DNA of 64,000 bases, taken from positions 1 through 64,000 of the forward strand of contig JBEIPA010000004.1 in NCBI GenBank assembly GCA_040377305.1, read 5' to 3'. The DNA comes from Flavobacteriales bacterium. Lineage in GTDB: Bacteria; Bacteroidota; Bacteroidia; Palsa-965. Below the pieces are notes generated by a model. It was not told where the DNA came from. It made no database searches and worked only from the letters and a program-made list of their open reading frames with translations. Position numbers and translations under genes: made by a program. This document shows, in pieces, positions 27,754 to 37,219 of the stretch; the first letter of the stretch is position 1; each line of letters opens with the position of its first letter.

Positions 27754-29568
27754 ATGAAACGTCCGATTCAGATTATTGCTGTTGCCGTTTTCGCTCTTGT
27801 GTTTGCATATTCGTGCAAGACACAGCAGAGTGTTGCAACGAACAACGACAAACCCACACAGAACGCAACGGAAACTGATCCGAATGGTTCTGACTACGTT
27901 CCGCCAACAGGACAACGTAACGATCCCATCTCCGCAAAGAAAGCGCTTGAAGAGGCAACTTTCATGGATGGCTGCATCTACAAGCTGATCGACAACAAAC
28001 GTGCAGCGCTCGGAGAATTCCAGGAAGTTCTCAATATGAACCCGGAGAACGACGCTGCGAATTACGAAGTGGCAGGCTTGTATCACCAACTCGGGCAATC
28101 TGATCGCGCTTTGAAGTATGCCGCAGAAGCTGTTCGACTTGATCCGACCAACACGTGGTACAAATTCCGTTACGCAGAAATACTGCAGGCAACGCACAAG
28201 GATGCCGAAGCAATTACGATTTACAACGATTTAATTGCTGCTGATCCGAACAATATCGATTTGCGTTATCGCCTTGCGGATAGTCAGACGAAAGCGCAGC
28301 AGTACGACAATGCAGCTTCTACGTACAGTGAAATCGAAAAGAAACAGGGCAACAGCGACACACTTGCACGTTGCCGTATTCGCATGCACGAAGCGGAGAA
28401 AGATCAGGCTGGTGTGGAGTCTACGCTGAAAGGGCTCACTGTTTCTTTCCCGAATAACGAGCAGTATTTCTACGAACTCGCCAACCATTACGAAGCACAC
28501 GAGCAGCAGGAAAAAGCAAATGTCATCTACAAATCGATGGCTACGAAGTTTCCTTATTCTGCAACACCACATCTCAAGCTTGCAGAAATTCACAAAGCGA
28601 ACGGCCTGGAAGCGGAAGCTTACAAAGAAGCGATGGCAGCTTTCGCCATACCGGAAGAACTTGATGTGAAACTTGCCTACCTGAGCAAGTGGTATCCGAT
28701 TGGAGACACAGCGACTGCCTTGTCTGCCGTGAAGAAAAAAGAATCTGACTCATTGACCAGCGCGTTGCGTCGTACGCACAAAGACGATGCCCGTTCGTTT
28801 ACAGTGAGTGGCGACTACATGCTGGAAAGCGGAAGGTCGAAAGACGCGCGCGTTCAGTATCGCAAAGCAATTGATCTGAGCAAAGAATCGTATGCGCCGT
28901 GGAAGCAACTACTCCGGCTGAATGCAGAGAGCAAAGACGATGCACAGCAGGAGAAAGATTGTAAAGAAGTCTTAGAGCTCTTCCCTACTCAGCCTGATGC
29001 GTATTTCTATCTCGGAGAAATTCAGTTCCGCAAAAAGAAATACGACGAAGCACAAAACAATCTGCAAACGGCAATGGATTACAATTTTGATAATCCGGGA
29101 ATGGACCACGAAATCCGTACGATGATGATCGACATTCACCGTGCGAAAGGGGAAACACGGGAAGCAGATGTACTCGTAGAGAGAATGATGAAAGCCGAAC
29201 CACAAAATATGAAGTGGAAAGCACAGCTGGCTCAGTCTTTGCTCGATCAGAAAAAAGAATATTACCGCGCAGAGCAGATGATGATTGAAGTGATTGAGAA
29301 AGAGCCGAACAATGCCGAATACCTTTCACTGCTTGGCTGGATTGAATTCAGCATGGGTGATTACAAACTTGCTGATGAATATCTGACGAGAGCACTTGCA
29401 ATCAGTCCGAACAATGCGAAAATGAACGAGCGCAAAGGTGATATTCAGTTCCGCCTGAAGAATACCGATGAAGCGGTGAAGTATTGGAACAAAGCGAAAG
29501 CAAACGGCGGATCAGGTCCGGAACTTGAAGAAAAAATCAAGACGCGGACACTGAAGGATGAGTATTAA
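27754..29568 (+). CDS. TPR-repeat lipoprotein
   Basis: Lipobox YSC; many TPR helical pairs; conserved position between dut/NTase and DUF4292. Confidence 0.88.
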   Translation: MKRPIQIIAVAVFALVFAYSCKTQQSVATNNDKPTQNATETDPNGSDYVPPTGQRNDPISAKKALEEATFMDGCIYKLIDNKRAALGEFQEVLNMNPENDAANYEVAGLYHQLGQSDRALKYAAEAVRLDPTNTWYKFRYAEILQATHKDAEAITIYNDLIAADPNNIDLRYRLADSQTKAQQYDNAASTYSEIEKKQGNSDTLARCRIRMHEAEKDQAGVESTLKGLTVSFPNNEQYFYELANHYEAHEQQEKANVIYKSMATKFPYSATPHLKLAEIHKANGLEAEAYKEAMAAFAIPEELDVKLAYLSKWYPIGDTATALSAVKKKESDSLTSALRRTHKDDARSFTVSGDYMLESGRSKDARVQYRKAIDLSKESYAPWKQLLRLNAESKDDAQQEKDCKEVLELFPTQPDAYFYLGEIQFRKKKYDEAQNNLQTAMDYNFDNPGMDHEIRTMMIDIHRAKGETREADVLVERMMKAEPQNMKWKAQLAQSLLDQKKEYYRAEQMMIEVIEKEPNNAEYLSLLGWIEFSMGDYKLADEYLTRALAISPNNAKMNERKGDIQFRLKNTDEAVKYWNKAKANGGSGPELEEKIKTRTLKDEY

Positions 29569-29636
29569 AGTTCCAGGTTCTCAGTTCTATGTTCCCGGTT
29601 TTGTGAGAACTGAAATCAAGGCCCTGAATTCGAAAT

Positions 29637-30557
29637 TTGATGAGTAGAATAATAACATCGCGTGTATTCCTGTCATATGTTCTCACATGTGTGTTGCTCT
29701 TGACGGCTTCATTCTCGCTGACTTCGTGCAAGAAGAAAAGAAAAAACAACAATCAGCAGACGGTTGATTCCACTGCGACTGGTCCATGTAAAATGGACTA
29801 CAAGAGCCCGAAGACGCTGGTGACTGAAATGCGCAAGAGCGAATTCAAGTTCGATTGGATGACCGCTAAAATTACCTGCAAAGCGTACGACGACAGCTCG
29901 AGTGCAGAGTTTGAAGTAAACCTTCGCATGCGCAAAGACAGCGCAATCTGGTTGAATGTGCTTGGTCCGCTCAACATTAAAATCGCACGCGTACTCATCA
30001 CAAAAGACTCCGTGAAGTTTGTGCAGTATCAGGATGGAACACTGGGTGCACAACCAAAATGTTTTCAGGGCGATTTTGCTTTACTCAGTCAGATGCTGCA
30101 AACCGATGTTGATTACGACATGATGCAATCGCTTCTTGTAGGAAATAGCGTAAGCTTTTACGAAGAAGACGATAAGCTTCGGTCTTCAATCAATCAGGGA
30201 GAGTGCCGTTACACGTTGAGTACAATCCGTAAACGCAAACTCAAGAAAGTGATTGAAGGACAAGCTCCGCCGAAAGATCCCTTGCAAACGATTGGTCTGA
30301 ATCCCGATGGCTATAAGATCATGAACATTCTCTTTCTCGATGAGTATTCAAGAACTTTCAGAGTGAGTTATTCAGACTTTGCGCCCCTTGATTCTATGGT
30401 TTTCCCGTATAAATCGGACTTTTTCGTTCGGGGACTCTCGAAATCGGCAGGAATGAACATGCAGTATACCAGCATCAAACTCAATAAACCCACGGATTTC
30501 CCGTTCTCTATACCAGGCGATTGTGTTCCTATAATCATTCCTACCAATGAAAAATAG
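29637..30557 (+). CDS. DUF4292 family lipoprotein
   Basis: LRMRKDSAIWL, ARVLITKDSV, DFPFSIP motifs and synteny. Confidence 0.85.
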   Translation: MMSRIITSRVFLSYVLTCVLLLTASFSLTSCKKKRKNNNQQTVDSTATGPCKMDYKSPKTLVTEMRKSEFKFDWMTAKITCKAYDDSSSAEFEVNLRMRKDSAIWLNVLGPLNIKIARVLITKDSVKFVQYQDGTLGAQPKCFQGDFALLSQMLQTDVDYDMMQSLLVGNSVSFYEEDDKLRSSINQGECRYTLSTIRKRKLKKVIEGQAPPKDPLQTIGLNPDGYKIMNILFLDEYSRTFRVSYSDFAPLDSMVFPYKSDFFVRGLSKSAGMNMQYTSIKLNKPTDFPFSIPGDCVPIIIPTNEK

Positions 30558-31896
30558 ACTCAACACCAAAGTTCTGATTTCAGTACTGATGGTTTTCATC
30601 ATGGCGATTGCCGTTCCGGTTGCGTACGCGCAGAAGGATAAAAAGAAAACGACCAAGACGAAGACCAAGCCGAAAAAAGAAAGCAAGGCAGATCTTGAAG
30701 CCAAGAAAACAAATCTGCAGGCCGACATCGATCAAACGAATAAGCTTCTTGCTGAAACGCGTCGTAACAAAACGCTTTCACTGAGTCAGCTGGTTGCGCT
30801 CAACAAGAAAATTGAACAACGCGAAGAACTCATTGCTGCGATCAACGAAGAAATCGCAGTGCTCGACGAACAGATTGAAGTGAAGCAGGATGAAATTGTG
30901 GTAGAAGATTCCGCACTCGCAAAAATGAAGCGTGATTATGCCTCGATGATTGTGTTCGCGTATCGAAACCGCAATGCGTATTCCAACGTGATGTTTCTGT
31001 TTTCTGCTGCCGGATTTAATCAGGCGTTTCTGAGAATGAAATATCTGCAGATGATTAGTGCGTCGCGTCGTTTGCAGGGCGTGAAGATTGTACAAAAGCA
31101 ACAGGAACTGAACGATCAGCTTGTTTCACTCGAACAAGACAAGGCAGAGAAAAAATCTTTGCTTGGTAATGAAGAAACTGAACAGCAAACACTCGCAAAA
31201 GAAAAAGACGATAAGGATGCAACGTTTCGTGGCTTACAAACCAAAGAAGCAACGCTGAAAGCAGATCTCGCAAAGAAGAACACGCAGAAAGCTAATACCG
31301 ATAGCGCGATTGCAAAATTGTTGCGTGAAGAAATTGCGAAACAGGTTGCGGCTGCAAACGCGGCAGCTACTCAACCGAAGTCGGGCGGAACTCCTCCAAC
31401 CAAAGGAGGCACGACTCCTCCGGCAAATCCACCTGCAGGACCAACGAAAGTCACACTTACACCAGCCGGAAAAAAGAACGGAGAAACTTTCGCCGCGAAT
31501 CAGGGATCATTGGCGTGGCCTGTCGAGCGCGGAACAATCGTCAGCAAGTTCGGAAAGCATCCGCATCCGGTTCTGAAAGGTGTGACCACCCAAAATAACG
31601 GCATTGATATTTCAGTCACTTCCGGAACAATGGCGCGTTCTGTTTGGGCAGGAGAGTGCACCGGACTTACCAACATTCCCGGATCAGGTTGGCTCGTGAT
31701 TATTCGTCACGGAGAATACCTCACCGTTTACTCACAGCTTGAAGAAGCGAACGTAAAAGTTGGCGATCAGGTGAAAGAGAAACAGAACATCGGTAAAGTT
31801 GCAACTGATCAGCAGGAAGGAACAACAGAGCTTCACTTCGAAGTTTGGAAGAGCGGCGGGATTAAGTTGGATCCGGAAGCTTGGATTGCGAAGTAG
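30547..31896 (+). CDS. envC: EnvC-like murein hydrolase activator (coiled coil plus M23 domain)
   Basis: Long coiled coil; LAWPVERG, NNGIDI, IIRHG..YLTVY, LHFEVW. Confidence 0.88.
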   Translation: MKNRLNTKVLISVLMVFIMAIAVPVAYAQKDKKKTTKTKTKPKKESKADLEAKKTNLQADIDQTNKLLAETRRNKTLSLSQLVALNKKIEQREELIAAINEEIAVLDEQIEVKQDEIVVEDSALAKMKRDYASMIVFAYRNRNAYSNVMFLFSAAGFNQAFLRMKYLQMISASRRLQGVKIVQKQQELNDQLVSLEQDKAEKKSLLGNEETEQQTLAKEKDDKDATFRGLQTKEATLKADLAKKNTQKANTDSAIAKLLREEIAKQVAAANAAATQPKSGGTPPTKGGTTPPANPPAGPTKVTLTPAGKKNGETFAANQGSLAWPVERGTIVSKFGKHPHPVLKGVTTQNNGIDISVTSGTMARSVWAGECTGLTNIPGSGWLVIIRHGEYLTVYSQLEEANVKVGDQVKEKQNIGKVATDQQEGTTELHFEVWKSGGIKLDPEAWIAK

Positions 31897-31910
31897 GTTT
31901 CCGTGCTTAT

Positions 31911-32600
31911 CTAAGCTACGGATTTCTTATAGTCGACTTCTTCCAACATTGAATAAGTTGGTAGTTCAACCGTTGCGTACTTTGCAGCAAACGCTCTTGC
32001 ACTAGAACCTAATCTCTTTCTCCATTTAGTCGCGGGTAACAGGTGGCTCAGGTTTCCTTCAAATTCCCAACGCAAAGAAAAATGCCAATAATTGCATCTC
32101 GTAGGAGTATGACAAACTTTGCACGTCGCCCTAACATCCTTCTCGTCCTTTTTAAAAACAACTTCTTTTCCATCAAAAAGCTGAATTGGGAAAATTATAG
32201 CTTGTCTATTTCTAATCTCGTGAAAATCCTTTTTGTACCGAGGACATACGACTATAGCATCTGGCTCGCAATACTCGATGAAATACTTTACGTTCGCACC
32301 TATAGGTTGAAGAAAAATATGATCTTCAGTGAACACACCTAGTAAACTAGTCGAAAGATCATGCACCTGCTCGGTTGGGTCGCAGATGTGTTTTTGACTA
32401 ATATCACCGGTGACATCCAAAACAGACTCGGGACTTGTCACATTCGCATGCCGAATCAAATAGTATCCATTAAGACTTTTAGATATGAGTTTACGCTTGG
32501 AACAAGGTAGCAAAACTAGCGGGTACAGTCCGCGATTAAACAGTTTAGCCAGTAACTTTGCTCTCGATATACTCCAGCGACTCTTCCAGCGTTCCAGCAA
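31911..32600 (-). CDS. Hypothetical protein with ADP-ribosyltransferase-like motifs (putative toxin)
   Basis: YYLIRH, DLSTSL, HTPTRCNYWHF; true start uncertain, probably near 32540; function inferred. Confidence 0.55.
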   Translation of the reverse strand: MLERWKSRWSISRAKLLAKLFNRGLYPLVLLPCSKRKLISKSLNGYYLIRHANVTSPESVLDVTGDISQKHICDPTEQVHDLSTSLLGVFTEDHIFLQPIGANVKYFIEYCEPDAIVVCPRYKKDFHEIRNRQAIIFPIQLFDGKEVVFKKDEKDVRATCKVCHTPTRCNYWHFSLRWEFEGNLSHLLPATKWRKRLGSSARAFAAKYATVELPTYSMLEEVDYKKSVA

Positions 32601-33081
32601 AACTTGGCAGATTTTCGTTTGAATTAAACAACGTTACAACAGAGTCGTCCAACAACCCAGTCCCTTCATCAAAAATTAGTTCTAAGTAACACGAGTAATC
32701 TCCCTTTTTTGCGGTGAAAAATAAACTCGGTTCACTGGTCAACTGAACTGAAATCGCATCTGGAGCTATTCCAATTAAACTAGATGCTGCTTTGGACAAG
32801 TTCCTTTTGAGTTCAAAGTTGGAAACATTGTTAGGTCCACGCCATTCTCTTAATTGCTTGTTAAAACTATTGTGCAATTTGATGAATACCTTATTGAAGT
32901 GATTGTCTGATGTCTTTTTCTCAAGATCTACAGGAGCCTCCAAATAGTCCAAGTCCAGGTTCGAAATAGAATACGCAGAGCCAAACATTTTCCGCCTAGA
33001 ATGCAGTCGCTCACTGATGAGACAAACATTATGATACTGAGCAAACATTGAAGCTACTGGAGGTGTTTCCGTCGTTGGCAT
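32545..33081 (-). CDS. Hypothetical protein (putative antitoxin of the triad)
   Basis: 178-aa ORF starting 1 nt after the upstream stop codon. Confidence 0.65.
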   Translation of the reverse strand: MPTTETPPVASMFAQYHNVCLISERLHSRRKMFGSAYSISNLDLDYLEAPVDLEKKTSDNHFNKVFIKLHNSFNKQLREWRGPNNVSNFELKRNLSKAASSLIGIAPDAISVQLTSEPSLFFTAKKGDYSCYLELIFDEGTGLLDDSVVTLFNSNENLPSFAGTLEESLEYIESKVTG

Positions 33082-33082
33082 A

Positions 33083-33799
33083 TCAATATTCTGGGTTTAG
33101 TGAACTTAAAAATTCAGGGTTTAGCAAACTAAAAAACACAGTCTTTTCTTTCACATGACATGTTTCAATAATCGGGAACAGCTCATCAGATTTGGTAATG
33201 TTCAACCCACTTCTGAACACATCAATATCCAAGAGATTAGATTTACTTTCTCCTTCCACAACTGGATGTGATGTCACACCCACATTAACTCTATAACCAT
33301 CGCTATTAAACTCAATCTTACTTGTAGCAACTCGAAACTCATGATTCTCCAATGTAAACGGAATACTAAAATTCAGAATCTTGTTGAGGTCGTATCCCTT
33401 AAACTCATTTATATATCTTAACCCAACTCTTTCAAACACGTGAACCACTTTTGAGTCTTGTATGCGCTGCATCGAATCTTGGATCAACGGCATATAATTC
33501 TGCCAATTCACGTAGTCCTCCAAACAATTGAATATTATTGTTCCAGGTTGAAACTGAATTTTAATCTTGTCGTTGTAAAGAAAAAAAGTGCTCAGAGTAA
33601 ACAGTTTTTCCAACTCCGATTGCTCTTTCGACAGCGCACGGTTTGCTGTGGGAAGTTTTGTTGCAAATTGAAAATCCGTACCCTCAAATGCGTTGACAAA
33701 AATTCCCAGCGTTACTTCAAAAGGGTATTCAGATGCAAATCTGATTTCGACAAATGAATCCCTAATGAAATCTGGAGTGATCTTCTTCGGAATTTTCAT
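33083..33799 (-). CDS. TIGR04255 family protein
   Basis: PKKITPDFIRDSFVEIRF, YVNWQNY, RVGLRYIN, LLDIDV, H..EK.VFFSLL pattern. Confidence 0.8.
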   Translation of the reverse strand: MKIPKKITPDFIRDSFVEIRFASEYPFEVTLGIFVNAFEGTDFQFATKLPTANRALSKEQSELEKLFTLSTFFLYNDKIKIQFQPGTIIFNCLEDYVNWQNYMPLIQDSMQRIQDSKVVHVFERVGLRYINEFKGYDLNKILNFSIPFTLENHEFRVATSKIEFNSDGYRVNVGVTSHPVVEGESKSNLLDIDVFRSGLNITKSDELFPIIETCHVKEKTVFFSLLNPEFLSSLNPEY

Positions 33800-33805
33800 A
33801 TAATG

Positions 33806-33813
33806 CAAAGTTA
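33806..33813 (-). promoter_or_regulatory. TAnnTTTG promoter element of the TIGR04255 cassette
   Basis: Minus strand TAACTTTG, 6 nt before ATG 33799. Confidence 0.55.
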
Positions 33814-33910
33814 CACTTTGTTTTGTACTTGTTAATTTTCCTTTCCCACAATAACAACCTAACGAATGTTAATAACGCAAGATTGAAGTACCCATTCACC
33901 GCAATATTTC

Positions 33911-34276
33911 CTAAAAACTCCCCGGCACTTTCTTCCCCGTCTTCGTTTCGTACAGCTCTTTTAGCATTTCATACTTCTCACGTAGCGATTGAAATTCCTT
34001 TTTGAGCGCTAAAAGTTCGGCATCTGATCCGGCGGAGGCCTTTTTTGCTTTACCGTAGGGTGGTCGTGCTTCGAAAACGGAATCTGCTGAGCGGTAATGC
34101 TGGAAGAAATCGTAATCTAAAACCTTGGATAAACGCGTTAACAGATCGGTGTCGATCGAGGTGCGTTTGTAGATATTGTAAACGTTCTGCTTGGACGATT
34201 TGATTTTTCGCGCCAGTTCTGTGGGCCCAATTCTCAGTTCCTTTGCCCTTGCTTCCACCTTTTGTCCTATGCGCAT
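33911..34276 (-). CDS. XRE-family HTH transcriptional regulator with C-terminal coiled coil
   Basis: IGQKVE..GPTELARKIKSSKQNVYNIYKRTSIDTDLL..LSKVLDYDFF. Confidence 0.88.
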   Translation of the reverse strand: MRIGQKVEARAKELRIGPTELARKIKSSKQNVYNIYKRTSIDTDLLTRLSKVLDYDFFQHYRSADSVFEARPPYGKAKKASAGSDAELLALKKEFQSLREKYEMLKELYETKTGKKVPGSF

Positions 34277-34331
34277 GCGCCAAAAGTATCATCCGAACAG
34301 GCTAATATTTTTTGCCGTATGAATGATATTT

Positions 34332-34348
34332 ATTGCCTATATGGCAAT
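34332..34348. promoter_or_regulatory. Palindromic operator candidate
   Basis: ATTGCC-TATAT-GGCAAT upstream of the XRE gene. Confidence 0.5.
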
Positions 34349-34423
34349 TATTTATTTACTTTAAATGCTGAATTTCGATTTACACCGTGGGAGTAGGTTC
34401 TGCCTTATCCCAGTTTCAGCGAT

Positions 34424-34456
34424 ACCCGCAGGCTCCCCCCTCTGCGGGTTTTTTTT
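34424..34456 (+). terminator. Intrinsic terminator
   Basis: ACCCGCAGG..TCTGCGGGT followed by T-tract. Confidence 0.8.
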
Positions 34457-34564
34457 GTACCGCGGAGGCGCGGCGATCGCAGCGGCGCGGAGAAAAAACT
34501 CAAGGTTTAGGAATCGTGCAAGGAATTCTACACTCTTTTCGGTGTGCATTTGGTAATTTTAGGC

Positions 34565-35062
34565 ATGAAGAATTTATGGCTCATACGGCATGCGAAGTCC
34601 TCGTGGATACATGGAGAACTTCAGGATTCGTTTCGTCCGCTGAATGAGCGCGGCTACAGAGATGCACCTGAAATGGCTTTACGCCTAAAGAAAACCGGTA
34701 CCGTTCCGGACCTTATGATCAGTAGTCACGCTATCCGTGCGTATTCTACTGCAATGATTTTCGCCGATGTTATGAAATATCCGCATGGCGATATCCGCAT
34801 CATCACGAAATTGTACGGAGCGACGACGAACAGTTATCTCAGCGCGATTCATTCCCTGCCCGATCAATACAACAACGTGTTTCTGTTCGCGCACAACCCA
34901 ACAATTTCACAAACGCTGGAATTGCTTGCGGGACTCGAACACCAGGAAATGCCCACGTGTGGTATTGCGCATATACAATTCGCACACGCATCGTGGAGTG
35001 AATGCGCAGCGAAATCGGGAAAACTGATGTTGCTCGACTATCCAAAAAGCGGATTAGACTAA
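34565..35062 (+). CDS. sixA: Phosphohistidine phosphatase SixA
   Basis: LIRHAKSSW, RPLNERG, SSHAIRA, HNP, MPTCGI. Confidence 0.9.
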   Translation: MKNLWLIRHAKSSWIHGELQDSFRPLNERGYRDAPEMALRLKKTGTVPDLMISSHAIRAYSTAMIFADVMKYPHGDIRIITKLYGATTNSYLSAIHSLPDQYNNVFLFAHNPTISQTLELLAGLEHQEMPTCGIAHIQFAHASWSECAAKSGKLMLLDYPKSGLD

Positions 35063-35128
35063 ATATTAAGATTATGTTATTTCATCGCACATATTTTGCA
35101 GCGAAATATATCCTGAGTTAATTCACGA

Positions 35129-37219
35129 ATGATTATGAAGAGTAAGAAGATTCCGCTGGTTAATCGTGAATTGAGCTGGTTGTCCTTCAACGACCGCGTT
35201 TTACAGGAAGCAGAAGACGAGAGTAATCCGTTAATTGAACGGTTACGTTTTCTTGGCATATACTCCAACAACCGCGATGAGTTTTTCCGTGTTCGCGTGG
35301 CTACCCTCAAACGCATGACCCGGCTCGGAAAGCGTGCGGTGCAGGTAGTTGGTGAAGACCCGGAAGTTCTCCTCGAACAAATTCAGAAAAGATATTTCGG
35401 TGCCTCACAACGCTTCGATCGCGCATACCAGGCAATCATTCGTGAGCTCGAACAAAGCAAGATATTTATCCGCGACGAAAACCACTTAACACCCGCACAA
35501 AGTGAATGGGTGAACAAGTATTTCCGCCAGACTGTGCTGCCATCGCTGTTTCCGATTATGCTCGACAGCGCACCGTCATTTCCGTACCTGAAGGACAAGT
35601 CGGTTTATCTCGCCATTAAACTGGTGCGCAGCGTTCGCGGGAAGAAGCCCCGATTCGCGCTCATGGAAATTCCAACAGAACAAATGTCGCGCTTCGTTGT
35701 TTTTCCTTCTACAGACGGTGTGCACAACGTAATGCTGCTGGAAGATTTGATTCGCTACTGTCTTCACGAAATTTTTCCGAAGCACGAATACACGCGCATA
35801 CAAGCATATACGGTGAAGCTCACACGCGACGCAGAGCTCGATATTGACAACGATATTTCGAAAAGCTTGCTGGAAAAAATCACCGGCTCGCTGAAGAAAC
35901 GCAAGAAAGGTGAACCGGTGCGCTTCGTTTACGATCGTCGCATTTCACCCGACATGCTCGAATTTCTCAAGAAGAAACTGCGCATGCTGAATAGCGATAA
36001 CCTGATTCCCGGATCACGTTATCATAACTTCAAAGACTTTATCTCCTTTCCGGATCTCGGGCACAAAGAGCTGGTTTGGCCGGTTGCAGAACCGCTACCG
36101 CATCCTGATTTTGCTCCCGGAAGAAATATGTTCAGGGCTATTCGCCTGAACGACATCATGCTTCACTATCCGTACCAGTCGTTTCACCACATCATCGACT
36201 TGTTGCGCGTTGCGTCTATTGATCCACGGGTTATTTCCATTCAGATTACGATCTATCGCTTGTCGAAAAATTCGAACATCTGTAATGCGCTCATTAACGC
36301 TGTGAAGAATGGAAAGAAAGTGACCGTGGTGATGGAACTACAGGCGCGCTTCGATGAAGAGAACAACATTTACTGGTCGAGCCGCTTACAGGAAGAAGGC
36401 GCAACAGTAATTTTCGGGGTGCCCGGAATCAAAGTACACTCGAAGCTATTCCTGATTACACGTCGTGAAGAAGGTCAGCTCGTGCATTATGCGCATGTAG
36501 GCACGGGTAATATGAATGAGAGCACTTCCCGCATTTACACAGACAAATCGTTGTTGACTGCAGACCCGCGCATCACCAGTGAAGTGCAGCAGGTTTTTGG
36601 CTTCTACAACGATAATCTTCGTCCGGGGGAATATAAGCAGCTGCTTGTTTCTCCTTTCACGATGCGCAAGAGGCTCGAAGGTCTCATCGATAAAGAAATT
36701 CAAAATGCGAAGAAGGGTCGTGAGTCCGGGATACTCATTAAGCTGAACAACCTGGTCGACCGCGACATGATTGCTAAGCTGTACGAAGCGAGTGAAGCTG
36801 GTGTAACAATCAGACTCATCGTACGTGGCATTTGCTCTTTGGTTCCGGGAGTTGAAGGCTTCAGTACCAACATCAAAGGCATCAGCGTTGTGGGCCGATA
36901 CCTCGAACATTCGCGAGTGTTCATATTTTGTAACGGAGGCGACGAAAAGTATTTTATATCTTCGGCAGACTGGATGACCCGCAACCTCGATTTTCGTTCT
37001 GAAGTTGCAATACCGGTGTTCGACAAGAACATTCAGCAAGAGATGAAGACGATTCTTGAGCTGCAATGGAAAGACAACACGAAGGCGCGGGTGATCGGAG
37101 GGAAACAAGAGAATGAGTACGTTGTTACGCGCAGCACTACGAAAGTAAACGCACAACAGGAAATCAGGAAGTTTCTCTCCAGATCAGGTAAAAACCAGGT
37201 CGGGAAGAAGAGAAATTGA
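35129..37219 (+). CDS. ppk1: Polyphosphate kinase 1
   Basis: NRELSWLSFNDRVL, LHYPYQSF, ARFDEENNI, KVHSK, RYLEHSR, SADWMTRNL. Confidence 0.98.
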   Translation: MIMKSKKIPLVNRELSWLSFNDRVLQEAEDESNPLIERLRFLGIYSNNRDEFFRVRVATLKRMTRLGKRAVQVVGEDPEVLLEQIQKRYFGASQRFDRAYQAIIRELEQSKIFIRDENHLTPAQSEWVNKYFRQTVLPSLFPIMLDSAPSFPYLKDKSVYLAIKLVRSVRGKKPRFALMEIPTEQMSRFVVFPSTDGVHNVMLLEDLIRYCLHEIFPKHEYTRIQAYTVKLTRDAELDIDNDISKSLLEKITGSLKKRKKGEPVRFVYDRRISPDMLEFLKKKLRMLNSDNLIPGSRYHNFKDFISFPDLGHKELVWPVAEPLPHPDFAPGRNMFRAIRLNDIMLHYPYQSFHHIIDLLRVASIDPRVISIQITIYRLSKNSNICNALINAVKNGKKVTVVMELQARFDEENNIYWSSRLQEEGATVIFGVPGIKVHSKLFLITRREEGQLVHYAHVGTGNMNESTSRIYTDKSLLTADPRITSEVQQVFGFYNDNLRPGEYKQLLVSPFTMRKRLEGLIDKEIQNAKKGRESGILIKLNNLVDRDMIAKLYEASEAGVTIRLIVRGICSLVPGVEGFSTNIKGISVVGRYLEHSRVFIFCNGGDEKYFISSADWMTRNLDFRSEVAIPVFDKNIQQEMKTILELQWKDNTKARVIGGKQENEYVVTRSTTKVNAQQEIRKFLSRSGKNQVGKKRN

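Noticed and set aside
34365-34647. Short ORFs across the XRE-sixA intergenic region
   Set aside because: They run through a terminator hairpin and have no coding features
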